Shown here in pieces: positions 47,399 to 59,467 of a DNA stretch of 64,000 nucleotides (within the stretch, counting starts at the first letter, position 1; each line of letters begins with the position of its first letter). The stretch covers positions 2,420,001 to 2,484,000 of the forward strand of contig NC_045697.1 in assembly GCF_009834535.1 (NCBI RefSeq). The letters run 5' to 3'. The DNA comes from Camelus ferus (Eukaryota). Both the position numbers and the translations under genes were made by a program. Under the pieces are notes generated by a model. That model ran no database searches. It was given only the letters and a program-made list of their open reading frames with translations, and was not told the origin of the DNA.

Positions 47399-48795
47399 TT
47401 GGGCCTCAGATACCATCCTGCCCCAGACTCCCCACTGAGGCCCTGGGGCCTGGGGCCAGGCACATGCTCTGGGCATTGTCCCCACGAGCACTGCAGCAGG
47501 TGGCGGTGTGTGCTCCGAGGCTCCCGCAGGGCTGGGCAGGTGCAGCCCTCCTGGGGCAGATCGTCTCCTCAAGCCATCAGGTCAGGGTCGGGGGACCCAG
47601 GCTCTAAGGGGCTGGGGGAGGGGCAGATTAGGGCAGGCATCATCACCCCACCCCCCGAAGAACTTCACCCTCTCCCCTCCCCTCCTCTCTTACAGTCTCT
47701 GTCTTTCTGTCTCTAGGTCTGTCTGTGGGTCTCTCCCTCCATCCAGCCTCCGTTCCCCTGGTACCTGTGATGTGGGTCCCCAGCCCTGTGACCCAGGCAG
47801 GCATCCAGCCTCCCAGCCCCCCATCCCTCCCCATTCTCTGCTGCTCCCCTGAAGGGTGAGCGATGCCCAGTCCAGAGCCCAGGCCTGGCTGGGCAGGGGT
47901 CCCGAGGGCTCTGGGCCTTAGGCAGTGGTGGCGGGGGGACCCTGTGATGCACTGGCCTTCCCTCCCTGAGCACCGGCTGTGTCCTGGAGAGGCTGGAGTC
48001 CTTTAGGCACTGACCAACCTGACCTTCACGGCAAACGTGAGCCTGGAACCACATGCTCTCTTTCACAGGACGGGACACGAGGCTCACGGAAGCTGAGCTG
48101 GTGACCCTGAGCTGGGGATGGGTGAATGCAGGTGTGCATGAACGAGTGGTATTGTCGGACTTCTCAGCATGGACCAGAGAGCTGCCAGATACAGGTGTGG
48201 TCCCTGCCAGCTTTGACCCTGGAGGTCATGGGAAAAGGACTGGCTTCACCATACGGCCTGGACAGATGTCCCCGGAACCCAGCTTCCCAGATGCAGGAAG
48301 ATGATCCTGCTCCCCAGGCTCAGTACACTGTGAAGTGCGGTGAACGGGACATGCGTGTGGCATTCCCAGCAAATCCTGGAAGGTGTCCCTTGGCTTTCTC
48401 TCTGCGTGTGACCTCTGACCTCTGCCCAGGCTTGGATGGTAGGGACCTGGGGGCTCAGAGGACAGCCCTGGGGCCCCCTTCAAGGTCACTCTCCATCACC
48501 CCACCCAAATGCCAGGGTTCTGCCGGCCTGCCGCTCCCGCACCTGCAGGAACCTCCAGGAGACCCACAGGTGTCCAGGGGCCTGGACGTCCTCCAGCCAG
48601 TCGGTCCAGGCCAGAGCCTCTGTGGCCAAAAGCGCCTGCACAAATGGCCACGTTAACCACCCATTTCCTTCATGAAGTGTCGGACCCAGAGACTTGGAGG
48701 CAGGAAGATTAATGCTGGACTGAGCTGCCTGCCCCCAGACCAGGAAGCGCTGCCGTGATTTTTCATCTTTCCCTAAAAGCCCCAGCAGGGGAGGC

Positions 48796-48860
48796 GGGCT
48801 TGTGCAAGGGCTGGGGCACACGCATGGGCTTGTGCAGGGCTGGGGCACACACACGGGCTT
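48796..48860. repeat. About 30-bp tandem duplication
   Basis: gggcttgtgca(a)gggctggggcacac twice, then a partial third copy. Confidence 0.85.
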
Positions 48861-51800
48861 GGGAGGGGCGCTGGCTCCCAGGGCTGCAGCTCACACCTCC
48901 CAGGAGCAGGGCACCCACCTTCCCGGCTGGAGGGGACGGGGCAGAGGGTGCTCCAACTCCTGCCAGAGGACGGCTAGCGCCCTGCCCCCTGCCCTCTGCC
49001 GGCCACAGCTCTCTGGGTCCAGGGCTCAGGGAACTGGGCTCTCCTCATGGGCCGCCCTGTGCCTGCACTGGGCCCAGACAGGGGGGTGGGGGGCACATCC
49101 TGGGCTGAAAGAGGGGGTTGGGAGGACATCAGGGCAGCAGTGCAGCCGAGGGTCGAGGGTCCGGGCTGCAGGGGCCAGTGAGCTGGGGGTGTATCTGGGA
49201 GGGGGCAGGCCAGCCTCCATCCTGAGAAGCTCGAAGGCATCCCCTCGGCCCGTGGCCTCGTCCGTGGGCCTGACTGCTGGGCACTTGGTGTGGAGCCAGC
49301 CCTCAGCTGACCGGAGCACCTGCGGTGTCCAGAGTCCAGCTGCCCCGCATCATCCAACTGGGAGCCTGACAGCAGCCAGGTGCCCCCCAAACTGCAGCCC
49401 CGGTGGAAGGCTGTGTCCCCAACAGCTCTGCATGCTGTCTCCGTACCAGCCACCCCCACCCCACTCCTGCCCCGTCCCCTCCCACCATGTTCCCCCACCT
49501 TGCCCGTCCTAAGTCCCCCTGATCGGCGATCAGCAGCCGTGAAGCCTTCGTTCTGGACCCCGACCAGCTTGTCCTCCTCCAGCACTGACTTACCTGGCTG
49601 GGCTTCTGCCACGGTCTGCGTCCCTGTCACTCCCACAGGGTCCCCACCTCAGCGTCCCCGAGTTGCCAGCGCACGGCAGGGGCCTAACTAATGGCCCCAA
49701 GGGATGGAAGCCACAACCATGGGCGTGGCCACCGTTGTTAGTCTGCCCATGGGCTCTCGGGTGCTGCAGGACACAAAGGAAGAGCCTCTGTAGCGGTGAC
49801 ATGGCTCCGGCCACCCCCTGCCTGTCCCTCCGCCCTCCATCCTCGCACCCCGACACCTCTGAGACGCCGCCGGTGGGTGCAGCTCCGCCTGTCCGGGCAC
49901 GTGGCTGTGCGGCCCCGCACCAGCTCACCCAGCCCCACACTGTGTCCTCATCGTGCAGAGGCAGGAGACTGAGGCCCCGACGGTCACAGTGGCACGCCCT
50001 GGGTCCCACGGCCAGGGAGCTCCAGATTTACACCCTGGTCTGGTCCTGGATGCCGGGCGCTGACCACAGGACCACCCTGCCTCCCACTTCCCAACTCTCC
50101 TGGGATTCCCAGTCTGCCCCCTTTCCTGGACAGTCCTTCAGTGGATGTCAAGTGAGATGAGGCCTGGTTTTCATCAAACTCCATGTGAAAACAATTCATC
50201 TCGGAGACAAACATAGAGGCTGTTTTGTTACAAACAATGGCTGCTGGGGGTCTGCCCATGGCCTGCCCTCTTCCGTGGCCCCAGTGTCCCACCTGAGAAA
50301 GTCAGGGACTGTGAAATGGGGGGAGGGCAGAGATGGGGCCAGAGGGCCTGGAACCCCGCTGGGGGGAGGGGGAGCAGGCGTTGAGATGCGCAGGACGAGG
50401 TAGACCTCAGACTGCCGGTGCCCTGGGCCGAGTTCCCCGGAGGTGGCTCGGGAACCGGCCCTTGGAAAGCTGAGAGGCAGACGAGAGATCCTCTGGGGCC
50501 GGGAGTCTGTGTTTAGGGGGAGCCGGTGGGGGCAGCACGGGGGCCCTCGGTGGGCAGGAGGCCAAGAGGGCCCCCCAGCCCCCAAGCTCCCAGGTTTGGA
50601 GCGGGACCGGGGGCACCTGCCTTCTGAGAGAAGCGTCTGGAGCAGCTCCGCCCCGTTGGGGGAGGGACGCGCCTTGGGTTCCCCTGTGCTGAGACGGGTT
50701 TCGTCTGCCCCTCTCCGGCCGTCCACTCCTCCCACGAGGCTGGATTTCTAACAATAACCTCGCCGACCCTGCACGTGTGCCCTGAGGTGCCCCCACCCCG
50801 GAGGGACAGCAGCAGCCCTCTGCACCCTTGCACATGCCCCGAGTGAGGCGCCGCCACGTTCAGCCCAGCAGACCCTCCGCAGGACCATTAAACGTGCCTT
50901 CACCTGACTCGTTCCATCTGCAATGACCCCATCTCCATGAAGGTGGCATTCTGAGGTCTTGGGACTCAGATCTGGGGGGTGCAGTTCAGCCCATCGCAGG
51001 CAGAGCCACACGCTGCCTGACCCCTTGGCAGGCGCTTCTCTCCGGGGGCTGATGTGTAAGTGGGACCTGTGGATTTTCCGTGGCCACCACTGTCAGGGGC
51101 TGGAGATGGAGGCCCCAGGACGCACCCCGAGTGAGTTAGGAGCAAAGGTTTGGCAAGAAAGCTTGGTAAATTCTGTGCTGTGGATGGTGGATTTCCTTTG
51201 GGGGTAAAATGGCAGAGAGAAAGGGAGAGGACTCTACGTGGCCCGTGCGTGTGGCTTTTTGAGTTCTGTTCCCCTTTGCTCAGTGCGAGTTCAGCAAACC
51301 ACTTACAATCCTAATTCAGCTGACAAGTGTGCCGAGAAAGTGAAAAATGACTTTTTCATGGTGTTTACTGCTCAGACCTACCCAACTCAGCTGAGAAAAC
51401 AATGCCCCACGAAGAACGCAGCTGGCTTCGGGTGTCCCCGCGGCATTTTGTCCACCAGACACACTCCCAACAGGCAGCTGCCTGGCTCTTAGACGAGACC
51501 TAGTAACATGTGTTGCAAGGGCAATTCATGCATGAATGAATGAATGAAGGTACATGGTCCAGATCCAGACCCCAAGGGGACTGCACTGGTCACGCTGTCA
51601 TTCATTCCTGGGATTCCAGAATATTCTGATGCACTGGATGACTCCACCAGGAAGGGTCCAGGACATCTCTGTGTCTTTGCATAACTTGCTATGGGAAGCA
51701 TTTAATTTTGTTCTGCTTTTACCAGCGGCATCTTCTGAGGAACCCGAGCACAGCCAGGGGGTGGTGATGGTGAAGAGGCCACGGCAACCTGTCACCAGAG

Positions 51801-52138
51801 GGACCAAGGAAAGGAGGTCCGGGGGATGGGGTCACTGCTGTCACTCATCTGAAGGGCTGCCACGGGGGCAGGGAGGCCCAAGCACGTCAGGGACACAGCT
51901 GGAACCGTATGTGGATGCTCTAGAGAGGCAGATAACAGTCAGTGCTGACCGAGTGTGAGAAGGGCCGCCCCATGAGGTAGTGAGCTCACCACCCCCAGAG
52001 GTATGCGAGCTGAGTCTGCTCAGCCATCCACTGGGAATACAGTGGGAAGCGCCGAGGGGTCACGGAAGCGAGAGCTGGGGGCTGGGGGTGGGGGAGGCTG
52101 AGGAGCAGTTGCATGGGGTCTGGCTCTCAGCTCCCGCA

Positions 52139-52191
52139 GGTCACATCTCCCAAAGGAGCCCTGATGGTCACGTCTCCCAAAGGAGACTCAG
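52139..52191. repeat. 27-bp tandem duplication
   Basis: ggtcac(a/g)tctcccaaaggag at 52139 and 52166. Confidence 0.85.
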
Positions 52192-53344
52192 CCCTGCTTC
52201 CGAGGTTGGCAGGAGGCACTTTTTCTACTTTACAGAAGAGAAAGTTTAGTTCCCGAGAGAGGGCATGGGGTGAAGCCCTCGCTCTGTGGCCTCCGGTCCC
52301 CGGATCAGAGGTTCCCAGACGGGAGGCCATGGGTCCCCCAGCCAGGCTGGTGGGCCAGCCCAGTGGGCAGGGGGAGCTCCGGGAGGTGGGGAGGGAGGAG
52401 GGGGAGGCAGGCGGGTCCCAGGCAAGGTGTTACAAAAATCCCAGGAATGATGATTGCTTCAGTCTGTGGGTGGGGTGGCCACGGCTGGCGGCCTAGTTGC
52501 GTTCCCGCCAGCCCCCCAGGTCCCCCCCCCCACCCGGCGCGGGGCAGCTGGCTCTGGGCTCTTGAGTAGCCGCCAGCCTCCACCCTCCAGTGGTGAGATC
52601 ACAGGGCTACATCCATACTCCCTGTCAGCCCCCCAGTATAATGGGGAACAGATGCCCCCAGAGGGGCCCGAGTTGGGAGGGCTGCCTGCGGGGGCTGGCG
52701 AGGCTCCCAGGATCCTAGTCATGGCTATACTACGGCTTACCAAACCCTTCCATGGGCTCATCGCTGCTGACCCACCGCAGCTGAGCAAGGGCGGTGTCCC
52801 TCAAGGAGGAAACTGGCGAGGTCAGGACACTGATGCCGGGAGGCGGGGCAGAGCTGCGCTCCAGTCCTGGGGTCTAAAGCCCATGCAGATCCTGCAGGTA
52901 ACCACGCACCGCTTCCCTCCCGAGGGGTGCACCCTCCCTTCCGTGATGCAGCCTCCCTCCAGGCAAGGGGACCTCCTTTTCCAACTTGGTTCATATAACA
53001 AATGCTTACTGAGCCCCTCTTTCCCCGCCCCCCCACCAGGCTGAGTCCTGCCCTCGTGCAAGCAGCTGGTGGGGGTGAACCAGGCAGCAAGTGGCCACGA
53101 ACGTCAGCAGATCGCGCTACGTGAAGGCAGGTGCTGGAGGGAAACAAAATGGGGCAGGTGTGGGGAGGAAGAAGCTGACGTTTTAAATAAGGTAATGGGG
53201 GAGAGGGACGTTTGCACAAAGCCTTAGGGACAGGAGGGGGAGAGCAGAGTGTCCCAGCACAGGGCATGACCAGTGCAAAGGCCCGGGGGCAGGAGCCTCC
53301 TGATGTGTTTGAGGACAGGTGGGCAACGTGCCTTTTGCCCTTCA

Positions 53345-53755
53345 TGTCCTGAGGCTGCTGTGACAAAGTACCACAAACTGGGGGCTTAAAACAACAGAAA
53401 TTCATTCTCCCACAGTCTAGGGGGCCAGAAGTCAGCACCAAGGCATCAGGGGCTCTTGTTCCCTCGAGAGGCTCTAGGGGGGACCTGCTCCCTGAACTTT
53501 CAGCTCCTGGTGGCTGCCAGCGGTCCTGGGCTCCAGTCTCTGCCTCTGTCTTCATGTGGCTTCTCCACGCCTGCCTGTCTGTACTCTCTCTCTGCCGCTG
53601 TCCTAAGGACAATCTGGCCGCTCTCAGAGCCCAGGACACTGTCTCCATCTCAAGGTCCTTAACCTAATCCTGTCCACGAGGTTTGTTTGTTTTAAATAAG
53701 GCCACATTTGCAGGGTCCAGGCATAGAACGTGGCTGTCTCTGAGGGGCCATTGTC
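53345..53755 (-). mobile_element. MLT1C-like solo LTR
   Basis: ggctgctgtgacaaagtaccacaaactgggggcttaaaacaacagaaattcattctcccacagtctagg, ccatctcaaggtccttaacctaat. Confidence 0.85.
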
Positions 53756-54334
53756 AGGTGACGCTCTGGGAGCAGGGCCTTGTCCCCCATGTGCCTTGAG
53801 GGAGGTACTTGGTGAGCAAGAGTGTGGCACAGCTGGGGCAGGAGGGCCCGGCGGGCCGGACGGTCATGGACACTCGTCCCCACGCAGTCACTGCTCAGCA
53901 GCCAGGGGTCGCTGCCCACCGCCAGCTCACACTCTGCAGCGGCCCCGATGTCACCTCCTCTGCCAGCATTCTATCCTCACCTCTGCAGGGTGAGGCTGGA
54001 GCAGGACCTGGGCGGGACTGGCGGGGGCTGGGGGTCATTGTCCCTGACATTGGGGTTCCCTGGTGCCGCGTGACGGAGGATTACACCTACTCAAATGTGG
54101 AGGAAGGTGGCGGTGCTACAGGGAGGGTCACCTCCCGGGGCCCGGCGCCCCTGATCCCCAGCCCGGGGCACGGCGTGGCAGTCGGGTCTAGTCAACTGAA
54201 AAAAAAATCATAATTGATAGCAGTAGGTGTCTAAGGTGAGCATCTGAGTCCTGTTCCCTGCAGAGCATCCGTCTCAGCTCCACAAACACCCATGGGGAGG
54301 AGGTGGGACCACAAACCGTAGGCCTGGCCCAGAC

Positions 54335-55250
54335 GCAATCCTGGGGCCTCCTTAAGGAACAAGACGCAAGATTATGAAAGCAAAAATAAGGACAAAGTTA
54401 AACATCAAGTTATGAATCAAATCGCATAATGCTATCCTTTTTCTTAAATTGACAAATACCACGGGCGCTTAAAAAATTCCGGAAAAGAGCATGCTCTTCA
54501 CTACCTGCCCTGCGGCATTACCTTCTCAGACATTCTCAGAGACGCTGCTGCCTCTTCTCGTGACAGTCCTGCCATCTCATGTTCTCTGGAAACGCCGGAA
54601 ACACTGATTTAAATGTGTTTTTGATCATTGCTGGCTTAGAAAAGTTCTCTTGTTGTTTTGTTTGTGGTTTCACAACTCATTACTAGTGACGCCACCAAAA
54701 CATCGCTGAGTTTCTTCCAGGACGTTCACATCTTTCATCCTCATTCTTTCGTTGTTGTTGTTTTGGGGATTTTGGGAGGGGGTGGAGGTAATTCGGTTTA
54801 TTTATTTATGTATTTTTTAATGGAGGTACTGGGGATTGAACCCAGGACCTTGTGCATCTAAGCACATGCTGTGCCCCTGAGCTACACCCTCCCCCCATCC
54901 CCATTCTTAGCTGAATTAGTCCCCAGCATGCGGCTCCTCGGCTCCTCCGCAGCCTCTGCTGGCTCCCCTGCCGGCCTCGTGGCCCTTATTTCACATTCTG
55001 GCGTCTTATCTGAGTTTTTTCCCTGGTTCCTTAAGGGATAAATTTAAAGTTGACAACAAGGCCCCTTTGATGTCAATCCAAACCGGGAATCTGCAATTTC
55101 TCACTTGTTTTATTGAATCGCTCCAAACTGTCTTTGCAGATTAGAGTTTAAAGAGGGCATTTGAGCTTTACCAACTTTCTGAAGAAAGCCCTCCCATCTC
55201 GTTTATGATCCTGCCTCTTCCAAGTGTTTGAGCATCTATCTTCAAGTCCT
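54335..55250 (-). mobile_element. hAT-Tip100 (Zaphod-like) DNA transposon relic
   Basis: tgacaaataccac..aaaattccggaaaa terminal region; the minus strand near 54635-54695 reads LVMSCE..ENFSK, resembling the hAT dimerisation motif PVTSCxxERxFS. Confidence 0.6.
54749..54895 (-). mobile_element. tRNA-derived SINE, camelid vic-1-like, inserted into the hAT relic
   Basis: ggaggtactggggattgaacccaggacc...ctgagctacaccctcccc; 13-bp TSD catcctcattctt (54736-54748) / catccccattctt (54896-54908). Confidence 0.9.
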
Positions 55251-56254
55251 TGCAGCTCTGGACCCTTCAGAGCCTCCCCGGGTCCCATCCCACCTTCTAC
55301 GGAGGCCGGGAGCTAGTCCACCCCACAAGCTGTGTGTCAGCCGCTGACCGCAGCCCGGCCAGACCTGTGTCACTTCACTCAGTGAACTGGCCAGGGTCGG
55401 TTGGCAGAACATTAACACTCACAAGATGCAAGTCACCCTCCGTGCCCGTCCAGGTGCCCCACCCAGAGTGACTGGGTCAGACAGGGAGGGGAGGGGTCCT
55501 GACCCTCTAAGCCATGCCCATCCCCTGCTGCCCAGGGGACCGGGAACGCTGGAAGGCTGCATGTCTGCCATGGGGGGACCAGGGGCAGAGGCGTCCTGTG
55601 TCCTGGCAGAAGCATCCGGTGCACAGAGCCTGAGCCAGATTCCTCTGAGAAAGAGGGGGCCGCATGGGTGTAAGAAGAACAAACAGGCGGGGGTTCTAAT
55701 CCCACCCCACTCCTCCCAGCGGGGCACCCAGCCAGGACGCAGCACCTCGCCGTCCTTGGAACCCCCCCAACCCGGCGTGGGATGCAGCGCGTGGCCCGCA
55801 GGGCAGGGCCCCAGGTAGGAAACAGGCCAAGGGGCTGGCTAAGGCCACTAGTCTGCGCCCAGAACCCTCCTGGGGCAGATAGCGGGGGGCCTGCCCCTCA
55901 CGTTTGGCCAGATGGTGCAGCCCCCCCCCCCCCCGGCCGGAGTCCTGCCCTCCTGGACGGCTGCTCGCTGTAACTGCTTGAGGAGACCTCAGTCTGGAGC
56001 TGGGCTCAGCCTCTCAGGAGTGCCTCGGGCCTCCTCGCCCACGCCCGGGCAAGCGCATCCCCACGCTCTCCCCTCCCTGGGCTCGGCAGCCCCTGGACAC
56101 ACAGGGAAGGCAGGCACTGGGCGGGAACAGCCCCTCTGTGTTGCTTAGTGGCCCCGTTGGGCCTGACCTGCCTGGCTGGCCACCCTGGGCCCTGGGAGAA
56201 TCCAGACCCCGTGTCACCACTCATTCCTGCAGGCATGTGTCTGTCTGTCCAGCC

Positions 56255-56703
56255 GTGGTCGGCGGAGCAGTGCCTCCCTGGTGCTATTTGTGCCCTTATC
56301 CCTGGAACGTGTGGCATGTGATCTATCAGGACATAAGCGACTTTGCAGATGTGATTCAGTGAAGGATCTTACGACGGGGAGAGAATCTTAGGTGACCTGG
56401 GTGGGTCTCACATAATCACAGGGTCCTCGTAGAACGGAGGCAAAGAGAGAGGAGACGGAAGCAGAGGTCAGAGGAGGGAAGACACTGCACTGCTGGCCCT
56501 GGAGATGGGGGAGGGGCTGCGAGCCAAGGAAGGCGCTGCCTGCAGACGAGACAGGGAAGCAAATTCTCCCCGGGAGCCTCCAGAAGGAACCAGCCCTGCC
56601 GGCCCCTTGATTTTAGAACTCCTGGCCTCCAGGCTCAAGGGCGTCTCTCTGTTTTAAGCCACTCCACTGTGGTGGTGGGCCACAGCGGCTGCAGGAAGCA
56701 GAA
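56255..56703 (+). mobile_element. MLT1D-like solo LTR
   Basis: gactttgcagatgtgatt, taatcacagggtcct, ctgctggccctggagatgg, gagcctccagaaggaac, ttttaagccac. Confidence 0.85.
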
Positions 56704-59074
56704 ACCCTAGCCAGCAGGCTTTGCGGAACTCCCGCCCTCACCCTGGTCCCAGGAAGGCCCAGGCCCTGCCTTTGGAGCTGGTGGTCTGGCTGGATGGTTA
56801 AGCTCTGTTCTGCTGAGAAGTGAAATAACAGAGAGGGTCCTTCCAGAGGGGAAGAAGGCGCCGTGTCCGAGTGCCGGGACGCCAGCCAGGCACAGGGCGC
56901 ACGCGCCCCCGTGCAGCGCAGCGCCCACGCAGCGGCGGGGAACCGAGGCTCGGGGGCCGCGGCTGACCGTGACGTGGGCTGGCACAGGCTCGGGGGGTCC
57001 GGAGGCCGGGCTCTCCCATGGGTGGGGCTGAGCCAGCTCCAGGGCCAGGTGCAGAGACGGGGTGGGGGGCTCGGATGGGGGGGATCAGGGTGGGGACCAG
57101 GCCTCCCTGCGCCCCTCCCCTCTCCCCAGGTCCCGCCCGCTGCGGCTCTCCTGCCGGCTGTCTGTGTCTCTCTCGTTCAGTACAGCAGGCCCCCCACTTC
57201 GGTTCTAGCGACATCCCCCCACCAGACCCGGCTGCCCCGACACACCCTGCCTTCTGTTGGGGGCCAGCCCGGGCCATCTCCCCACGACCGGGGACCCACG
57301 AGGGCCCAGCGCCCAGAGGCTGCCTCCAGCCCCGAGTGGGGGCGAGGGCAGAAATCCCCACGTGAGGGCCCATGGAAAGGCCCAGGAGAGTGTTAACGGC
57401 AATGCCCAAGCCAGTTTACGGAATGTGCTCAGAGAGGTGTCCTGCCACTCAGACGAAAAGCAGGGAACAGGCCTGTGTGGCCGCCTGCTGTGACCACAGG
57501 TCGGGCTCAGGGCACAAATCAGCTTGAACATGGTCTCAGGCCATGGGGAGTGTTGGTGCCTTTGATGTAGAGAAATTGCCTAGTAATTTCTAGGCAGAGG
57601 GGCGGTGAGTGTGCAGGGGGCCCGGGGGCCCGGGGGCCAGAGAGGACGCTGCCTGTGCGCATCAACACAGGTGCTCTCTTGGGCCCCTCCCACAAGCCAG
57701 GCCGGCTGCTGAGGATGCCGAGCGCCAAGCGGGCATTCCCACACCTGCCCAGAGGCTTAGAGCCCAGGACAGGAGTCAGACACCAACCAGATAATCACCA
57801 AGATGCACGTGGAACCATAGCGGGAAGTAGAGCTCCCAGGACGTAAGAAAGGCCAGGAAGGCTTCCTGGAGGCGGTGAGCACTGAGCAGAAGCTGGAAGG
57901 ATGCATAAGATACGAGGTGAGGGGAGAATTGTAAGGAGGAAAATACTAAATCCTGAAGGAAACCCCAGAAAGATAGTGAAGCGGGCAGAGGAGCAGGGGG
58001 GGCAGGGGGGCAGGCATCCTGTTCTCCTTCTGAGACTTTATTACGCAAGTTCAACCACATTCAGGCAATACTTGGATAAGTATTACGTATTTAAAGCCAA
58101 ACAAGGAAGAAACGAAGGATGGAGGACAGAGGATAGAAGAAGAGGAACAGCCTGAGGCTGCTGCGATCCACATGATTGTGGCTTGGAGCTGAGGCGTGGA
58201 GGGTCCATGTGCGCCCCAGGAGGGTCTGCCCAAGGTGAGGGGTGGAGGCTCCCCAATTCCAGCACGTTCCTTTCAAACACCGAGGGCTGGTCTTCCAGAG
58301 TCTCTGACACGGAACAGAGGATGTGGGAATTATTAGCCATCAGCTTCTCAGGTGTCCAGAGCAAAACAGGTGGCCCGGGCTCCTCACCCCATGCTCCTTT
58401 CAGCATCAGATGAAGAACAGACACGGCCCACCGGAGACAAGCTGCAGATCCCCACGTGCTTCAGAGAGCGCCAGCCTGGGCCGTGACCCCACGGAGGACA
58501 GACGCCTCCAACATTTGGGGTAGTATCCACAGGCCGGCAGGCGCATGTGGGTGCAAGATGGGCCCTCCTGCCTGGGGAGTGTCGGCGGGGCAAGTCTGTC
58601 TTGCTGTCTCTCGTCCCAGCCCCACTGGGGCTGCACAGCCCCTGCCCCACCCACAAGAGCCGCCCCAGCCCACCTGGTGCCTTGGGGAGGGAGCAGGTGG
58701 TGGAGGTCCGAGAGGGCATGATTCAGAGGGAGATGGTGTGGGGGTGGGGTCGCAGCTCCAAGAAGGGGCCTGATCCCAGGAATGGTCAGCAGCCCCGGGT
58801 TTCAGAATTGGAGCCCAACGCACCTGCCGCAGAGGTGTGACTGCCCGCCGGGCCCTGGCAAGGCGGGCTTCCCCAGAGATACCATAGGTGGGAAACAAGT
58901 GGCCGGTATAACTATTGAGGCATTGCATGCTCTTTCCACAAAGAACTGGCCACCATCTGAGAGTGCCTTGGACGAACAAAGCAGTGTGACCAGCGGGGCT
59001 CGGCTGCCCCGTCCAGCAGCTGCTTTTCAAAGCTTCATTTCTGCCTCTTCCCACTGCCTACTTAGGTTAACAGC

Positions 59075-59280
59075 ACAGTGGTCACGGGTGGACTCCACAC
59101 TGCCCACCTTGAATCCTGCCTCGGCCACTGGCCGTGTAGTCTTGTGCAAGTTGCTTGCCCTGAGTCTCCGTTTTCTTGTCTGTAAAATGTGAGTCTTGAC
59201 AGCATCTACCCCCATGAGGTTTCCATAAAGATTACACGAACAAATCCATATACAATATTGAGCGCATACTAAGTGTGCAA
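59075..59280 (+). mobile_element. MIR SINE
   Basis: ttgaatcctgcctcggccact..cttgtgcaagttgctt..ctgagtctccgttttcttgtctgtaaaatg. Confidence 0.7.
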
Positions 59281-59467
59281 TCTCTGCAGTTGTGAATGGC
59301 TGCTTTTACCAACTGCTTCCTCTAAGCCAAGCACCCTGCATTTCACTTCATCGTCCCAGGTGCCCTGTGACAGCGGGTGGCAATCACACCTCTGGGTTAC
59401 TTGTGCAGAGACTGGAGCTCAAAAGTTTATGTGCCAGGGACTCAAACACGTAACTGTGCATCCATAC

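Noticed and set aside
8653..52191. Short direct repeats as a CRISPR-like array
   Set aside because: Unrelated two-copy tandem duplications without spacers, in mammalian DNA.
57058..57095. G-quadruplex-capable G runs (also near 617-643 and 29944-29976)
   Set aside because: Common throughout at this base composition; nothing singles these out.
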